A stretch of DNA of 64,000 bases from Candidatus Cloacimonadales bacterium. GTDB taxonomy: Bacteria; Cloacimonadota; Cloacimonadia; Cloacimonadales; JAIOQZ01. Each line of letters starts with the position of its first letter. Position 1 is the stretch's first letter. The notes below the pieces were generated by a model. That model was not told where the DNA came from. It made no database searches and worked only from the letters and a program-made list of their open reading frames with translations. A program made the position numbers and the translations under genes. The stretch lies in the NCBI GenBank assembly GCA_963674825.1, contig OY771587.1, positions 992,001 to 1,056,000 of the forward strand, in the 5' to 3' direction. Below are positions 59,318 through 64,000 of this stretch, one piece after another.

Positions 59318-60028
59318 TTATTCTCCGGTATTTCGTGCTATGATGGCAATGAACCGTGGCTTATCGGTCAGCTTATTCACCAGACGATCGAGCAGAAACC
59401 AGCAAGCGAATGGCTGCTTCTTGAGCAGGGTATTTACGCGGAAATGCGACAGATATTGATTGAAAAAGGTGATCATGCAGCCGTGCTTGAATCCGGCTTC
59501 AACGAACGCTTTGCGCAGGTTGCCTTTCGTCCAGGTATGCAAATGCGCATGGACAGGGGTCTTCTGATTGCAATGGATGCAGAGCGCGTACTGTATTTTC
59601 TCGCGATACGGTGTTGTAACTAGAACACTGCCTCCCGGCTTCAGGAACCGTCTCCATTCCGCGAGCGCATTTGCGGGGTGTTCAAGGTGCTCCAGCACTT
59701 CGTTGCAGACGATCCAGTCGAACCGTTCTTCCTCAAACGGTAGATTGTAGGCATCGCCTACCTTCGTCGTGACCGAAGGCTCCATTTCCCGGATGCGATC
59801 GAGATTCTTTTCGGAGAGGTCGATCGCGGTAGTGTCGAAGCCTCTGCGAGCCATCTCAATGGCAAACCAACCGCTGCCGGAGCCAATCTCCAGCACATTT
59901 TGTCCAAGTCCAGCCCGGCATAGATGGAAAACGGTTTCCCTCCGACGCTGCTCATCCGGCGAAACGAAATCCTCGTCGAAGTAGTCGAATAATTCGGCGT
60001 CTTTCTTGTAATGTTCGATATGATCCAT
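59318..60028 (-). CDS. Class I SAM-dependent methyltransferase
   Basis: VLEIGSGSG, GDAYNLPF, EVLEH, LKPGG. Confidence 0.92.
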   Translation of the reverse strand: MDHIEHYKKDAELFDYFDEDFVSPDEQRRRETVFHLCRAGLGQNVLEIGSGSGWFAIEMARRGFDTTAIDLSEKNLDRIREMEPSVTTKVGDAYNLPFEEERFDWIVCNEVLEHLEHPANALAEWRRFLKPGGSVLVTTPYREKIQYALCIHCNQKTPVHAHLHTWTKGNLRKAFVEAGFKHGCMITFFNQYLSHFRVNTLLKKQPFACWFLLDRLVNKLTDKPRFIAIIARNTGE

Positions 60029-60143
60029 TGCTGCTCCCTATTTCAGGTTCATTCAATATTCCATTTGATCAGAAATGCAAATCCTTGACAAGAAGAAATC
60101 ACCCGAAGATGTTTCCTCATCACGAGTTTTAAGGAGAATCGCT

Positions 60144-61043
60144 ATGAAATACATCGTCAGCCTGCTTATCTTATTCGCTGCATCGCTGCTTGTTTCGCAG
60201 GAAGTGATCAGCATCGAAGTACCGGAGATGGACACCCTCTCCCTGTCCGCCAGCGCAACCTTCCAATACAAGGAAATCGACGAATCGAGCGCAATCGTTA
60301 AGAGCCGCCAGTTCGAAGGCGTTTTCTGGACGCTCAATGACAGCGGCGACCGTGCACGCATCTTCCCTTTCACCCTCGACGGTAAAATGGTCACACCCGA
60401 ATGGTACCCGGAATACGATGGCCTCGATATCAAGGACGCGGTTAATATCGACTGGGAAGACATCGCAGCCGACGACAAGGGCAACCTTATCATCGGAGCT
60501 TGCGGCAATAACGGCAATACCCGCAAGGATCTCGCATTCTATATCGTGCAGGAACCTGTTCCTAACGATGTTATCGCGACTCGCTACACAAAGAAGATCC
60601 CGTTTCGCTATCCCGATCAGGAAAAGTTTCCTCCCAAGAAACGTAACTTTGATTGCGAAGCTGTTTTCTACGCCGATGGGCACATCTATGTTCTCTCCAA
60701 GAATCGCTCCGACACCAATACCACGCTCTACCGGCTCGACAGCGAAAGCCAGCAGGAAGTCAATGTGTTGACCAAGCTCGCGACATTCGACGTCAAAGTC
60801 GGCCTTGTGACTGCTGCAGACTGCACGCCAGATGGCAAAAAGCTCGCCGTTCTCACCTACGGTAACATCTGGATTTTCAGCAGCGACACACCGGGTGAGT
60901 GGTTCAACGGCTCAATTCGGTACATGCCGATCAAGGCAAAACAATGTGAAGGTATCTGCTGGGATGGCGATAAACTTGTCATGACCAACGAGCAGAAAGA
61001 TATCATGCTGGTCCCGATGGATAAATTCGTGAAGGTGCAATAG
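60144..61043 (+). CDS. Secreted beta-propeller hypothetical protein
   Basis: Signal peptide; ESSA, NDSG, DWEDI, DCEA, QCEGI repeats. Confidence 0.75.
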   Translation: MKYIVSLLILFAASLLVSQEVISIEVPEMDTLSLSASATFQYKEIDESSAIVKSRQFEGVFWTLNDSGDRARIFPFTLDGKMVTPEWYPEYDGLDIKDAVNIDWEDIAADDKGNLIIGACGNNGNTRKDLAFYIVQEPVPNDVIATRYTKKIPFRYPDQEKFPPKKRNFDCEAVFYADGHIYVLSKNRSDTNTTLYRLDSESQQEVNVLTKLATFDVKVGLVTAADCTPDGKKLAVLTYGNIWIFSSDTPGEWFNGSIRYMPIKAKQCEGICWDGDKLVMTNEQKDIMLVPMDKFVKVQ

Positions 61044-61186
61044 CTACAGGTTTTCCGCCCAGTAGATTCGTTCGATCCCACGGATAACGTGGTGTTTCGC
61101 GCTATTATTCTCATGTCCGGTAGTCAGGATAGCGCGGTATATCCACGTGATCTGTGGGATCGGGCGAAGATGCGGGTGGATGCAAC

Positions 61187-62809
61187 CTATTCACACACCG
61201 CAACAATACGATAGAACCGAACCGGGGTATCCACCACCATCGCATACTGCGTCACGGACGTTTCCGCGACATCATCCCACATCACTTCGTCCACGCTCGA
61301 CTGCACACGATACGATGTCGCGCCTAATACAGCCTCCCACTCGATCCGAACGGTGTCCGCAATCACCTCTACTGTCAGATTCCGCGGCGATACTAACTGC
61401 GTAACATATTGGTATCTGAATGGATCACCGGCTCCTGCCATTGGCAGAACGCGCCGTTTACCCGATTCGTCCACCGCATACAGGTAATACTTAACGGTTG
61501 CTTCTGTACCGGATGCCGGTATCGTCGCAACGTAGGATTCACCCTGCTGATAAAGTTGCGTTGTGGTATAAGCGCCGTCATCGAACCGGTAATAGACAAG
61601 TAGCGAATCTGAGATGAGTGCTGCATTGCTGTAAGAGTGAATGGCAGCTTCCAGTTGAACATTACTGGTTGCATCCTGCACCACATGCACAGGAATGTAG
61701 CGCACATCCAGCATATGCTTATCCGGAATTTCGTGCACGCGGCAGTGAAGCGCGTCAGTATCATACCAACCGGAATAGGTGACGCCAATGACTTCGTAAC
61801 CCGGCATAGCAGCCTCATACGTCGCAATCGCTTCGTCGTCCCACTCACTTCCTGATAACGGAACCAGCACCTTATTATTCAGAATCAACGAATTGGTGTA
61901 GGGTGTGTATGGAGATCCTGTTGCCGGCGTATAAATCCTGAAAATCTCATATGGTGTACCATAGGAAGAGGTCTGCTCTGCAAAATACTGCGCGATCTCC
62001 TCGAAATCAGAATACCTCGCATCGGCGGCAGGGACCTGCCCGATCATTACCTTATCGACATCCAGAAATTTCGCCCAGCAATCCACATGCTTGATGTATT
62101 CACCCAATGGATCCGGAAGGATGTGATAGGTCTCGATACCGAGGTAATCATGATGAAGCTGAACTAACTCCGACTCTGTCAGATCGGGATTTTCATCCAG
62201 TACCAGATCGGTTGAGACCGCTACGCCCATCCCATCGCACATGTAGTTACCACCAGTTTGCACAACACTCATTCCATATAATCCAAGCGTATCGAACGCA
62301 GCATACGCGATGGGAATGTCATCATCCTCGGGACGCGGACGATTGTACTGGAAATCGACCACACTCATGGAATCGCTCAGATCGAAGATAAAAAAGGGAC
62401 CGTAGTCACGCGTCCAAATGGAGTTGGTCGGCGCAACCATGAAGCGGCAATGATTGAGGTTGACGCCGAAATTGGTGTATTGGTTGATCGCCTGCTGGCG
62501 GTAATATGCGCTCGAAACGATCGTCACGAGAATATCGTCCTCTGCGAGTTCTGCCACCAGGCTGTAGGGAATCCCGAGGGGATAGCGGATCATCGTGCCA
62601 GTCATTGGTTCAAATTCAGCGATCTGCCGGATAGGAGCTTCTGGCGGATCGGTCGGTATAAAGGTACGACTTTCCAGATTCTGCTCTGCGGAAGTCTTCG
62701 CATGAGGTAGAGAATGAGGGTATCGCCGCTGCCCTTCGCCGCTCTCAATATTTACAGCAAACGCGGTATAAACAAAGAAAAACAATCCGAAAAACAGCGT
62801 ACGTCTCAT
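61187..62809 (-). CDS. Secreted agmatine/peptidylarginine deiminase (PPAD family)
   Basis: WTRDYGP, GGN, HVD, YTNS, LHC; signal peptide. Confidence 0.9.
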   Translation of the reverse strand: MRRTLFFGLFFFVYTAFAVNIESGEGQRRYPHSLPHAKTSAEQNLESRTFIPTDPPEAPIRQIAEFEPMTGTMIRYPLGIPYSLVAELAEDDILVTIVSSAYYRQQAINQYTNFGVNLNHCRFMVAPTNSIWTRDYGPFFIFDLSDSMSVVDFQYNRPRPEDDDIPIAYAAFDTLGLYGMSVVQTGGNYMCDGMGVAVSTDLVLDENPDLTESELVQLHHDYLGIETYHILPDPLGEYIKHVDCWAKFLDVDKVMIGQVPAADARYSDFEEIAQYFAEQTSSYGTPYEIFRIYTPATGSPYTPYTNSLILNNKVLVPLSGSEWDDEAIATYEAAMPGYEVIGVTYSGWYDTDALHCRVHEIPDKHMLDVRYIPVHVVQDATSNVQLEAAIHSYSNAALISDSLLVYYRFDDGAYTTTQLYQQGESYVATIPASGTEATVKYYLYAVDESGKRRVLPMAGAGDPFRYQYVTQLVSPRNLTVEVIADTVRIEWEAVLGATSYRVQSSVDEVMWDDVAETSVTQYAMVVDTPVRFYRIVAVCE

Positions 62810-62821
62810 AGCATCACAAGT

Positions 62822-64000
62822 CTATTCATAGACCGCCGTGATGTAATAGAAACGATGTGCACCAGCGCTTGAAGCAGTCCATTCAGGCTGACTGGCAGAA
62901 CCGCGAAGCATGTACGATCCCGATGGCAAGTCAACCGTGTAAACATTATATGAACTGGCGCTGGGAATGTTATCCCAACTCAAATGAACCATTCCGTCGA
63001 TCACCTCAATGGTTAGTCCGGTCACTCCCTGAAGTTCTCCAGCAAGGATCGAGGCCTGATACGTCGTCCTATTCGGAGCTGTCACCGTTAGAAGCACTTG
63101 CGACGGCAGCATTACAGGTTCGAAACTAAGAATTGCGTTCCCAACTGCATCGGTTTCGGAGACAGCCAGGATCGAACCATCTCTGGTCAGACTACAGATC
63201 GCACCGCTGGTGTTAGTTGCAACGGAAAGCGTTCCTGTCCCGAGCGGAATATTCTGCGCATGGCTGATATTCATTGATGTCGGGGCTTGTGTCCGAACCT
63301 GAAGCGAAGGATCGCCGAAGATATTCCAGGTCTTGTAGGTACGCGGTCCATAGTAAGAATATTCGTCGATCATCAGGCAGGAGCCATTATAGCAGATCCC
63401 CCCGAAAGTAACCTTCTCATCTGCGATGATCAGATCGATCATCTCGTCCTGAGCGGCCATAGGTGGAGCCCATTCCTGATTGTTGGACGAAGCATAGATG
63501 CCGATCGCTCCGGTAGGTTCTCCGGTCGTGTTATTCGTCGCACGCATCCAGTATTCGGCAAAGCAGGTGTAATTGACGAAATTACCATTCAAGCAGGCAA
63601 CCGAGAAGATAAACGGCAGCATGTTGTCGTTGGTCAGGTTATTGATATCGGCATAATTGAAGGCGGTGGTTCCCCAGCTTGTTGTGGAGCCGTGGCCGCA
63701 ATAGTTGATGATACTCCGACCTTCGTTCAGTGCACTGCTGACCATTGCGTCTGTCGCGCCGGTTGTGGCATAAAGCTGATCAACCATTGAGTAATGATAA
63801 CCCAGAAGATCGTTGCGGATGTTGTTCATGTGGACCCAATCTGCTTCACCATCATCACCACTACCGTCACCCTGCGAAGATGCGATGCCAGTGCCTTTCG
63901 AAAGCCAGTCTCCACTGCTGATATCCCGCTCGTATTCCACAAGTCGCTCCACCTGCGTCTCCACATGCGCCGCTGTCTGCGCTGAGAGCCGTCCCACAAA
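62822..64000 (-). CDS. Gingipain-like C25 cysteine peptidase (5' part outside window)
   Basis: GRLSA, NYCGHG, VACLNG, FAEYW, FGDPSL. Confidence 0.92.
   Translation of the reverse strand, partial: FVGRLSAQTAAHVETQVERLVEYERDISSGDWLSKGTGIASSQGDGSGDDGEADWVHMNNIRNDLLGYHYSMVDQLYATTGATDAMVSSALNEGRSIINYCGHGSTTSWGTTAFNYADINNLTNDNMLPFIFSVACLNGNFVNYTCFAEYWMRATNNTTGEPTGAIGIYASSNNQEWAPPMAAQDEMIDLIIADEKVTFGGICYNGSCLMIDEYSYYGPRTYKTWNIFGDPSLQVRTQAPTSMNISHAQNIPLGTGTLSVATNTSGAICSLTRDGSILAVSETDAVGNAILSFEPVMLPSQVLLTVTAPNRTTYQASILAGELQGVTGLTIEVIDGMVHLSWDNIPSASSYNVYTVDLPSGSYMLRGSASQPEWTASSAGAHRFYYITAVYE

Overview
Bacterial chromosome segment, most likely from a Cloacimonadota/FCB-type organism (inferred from the FlgD/T9SS-type C-terminal domain and the secreted C10, C25 and PPAD enzymes). 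Positions 1-33458 hold the body and right end of a GC-rich Mu-like transposable prophage. Its MuA-like DDE transposase, MuB-like ATPase and a right end with seven ~21-bp repeats ending in ...CACA look intact. The virion-essential genes are not: the terminase, prohead protease/major capsid region and tape measure are truncated or missing, and at each break AT-rich cargo is present, mostly antisense to the phage genes. The cargo is a solitary wHTH-PD-(D/E)xK nuclease, a HEPN-motif protein, a complete BREX type 4 operon (PAPS-reductase brxP, brxC, pglZ, brxL) with an extra upstream gene, a DUF2971-like protein, a small orphan, and a secreted NlpC/P60-beta-helix pair. The element also carries two tandem adenine methylases and a tail-chaperone -1 frameshift site. 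Positions 33459-64000 are host genes (peptidases C10/M42/M14/M48/C25, Ca/Na antiporter, GGR-family reductase, SuhB, CHASE2 adenylate cyclase, AraC regulator, groES-trxA with CIRCE, PEGA-FGE protein, FHA protein, Nif3, PPAD). They are interspersed with several REP-like palindrome families, a deleted RAYT transposase and a covarying hairpin array. All family calls come from motif recognition by eye, not from database searches.
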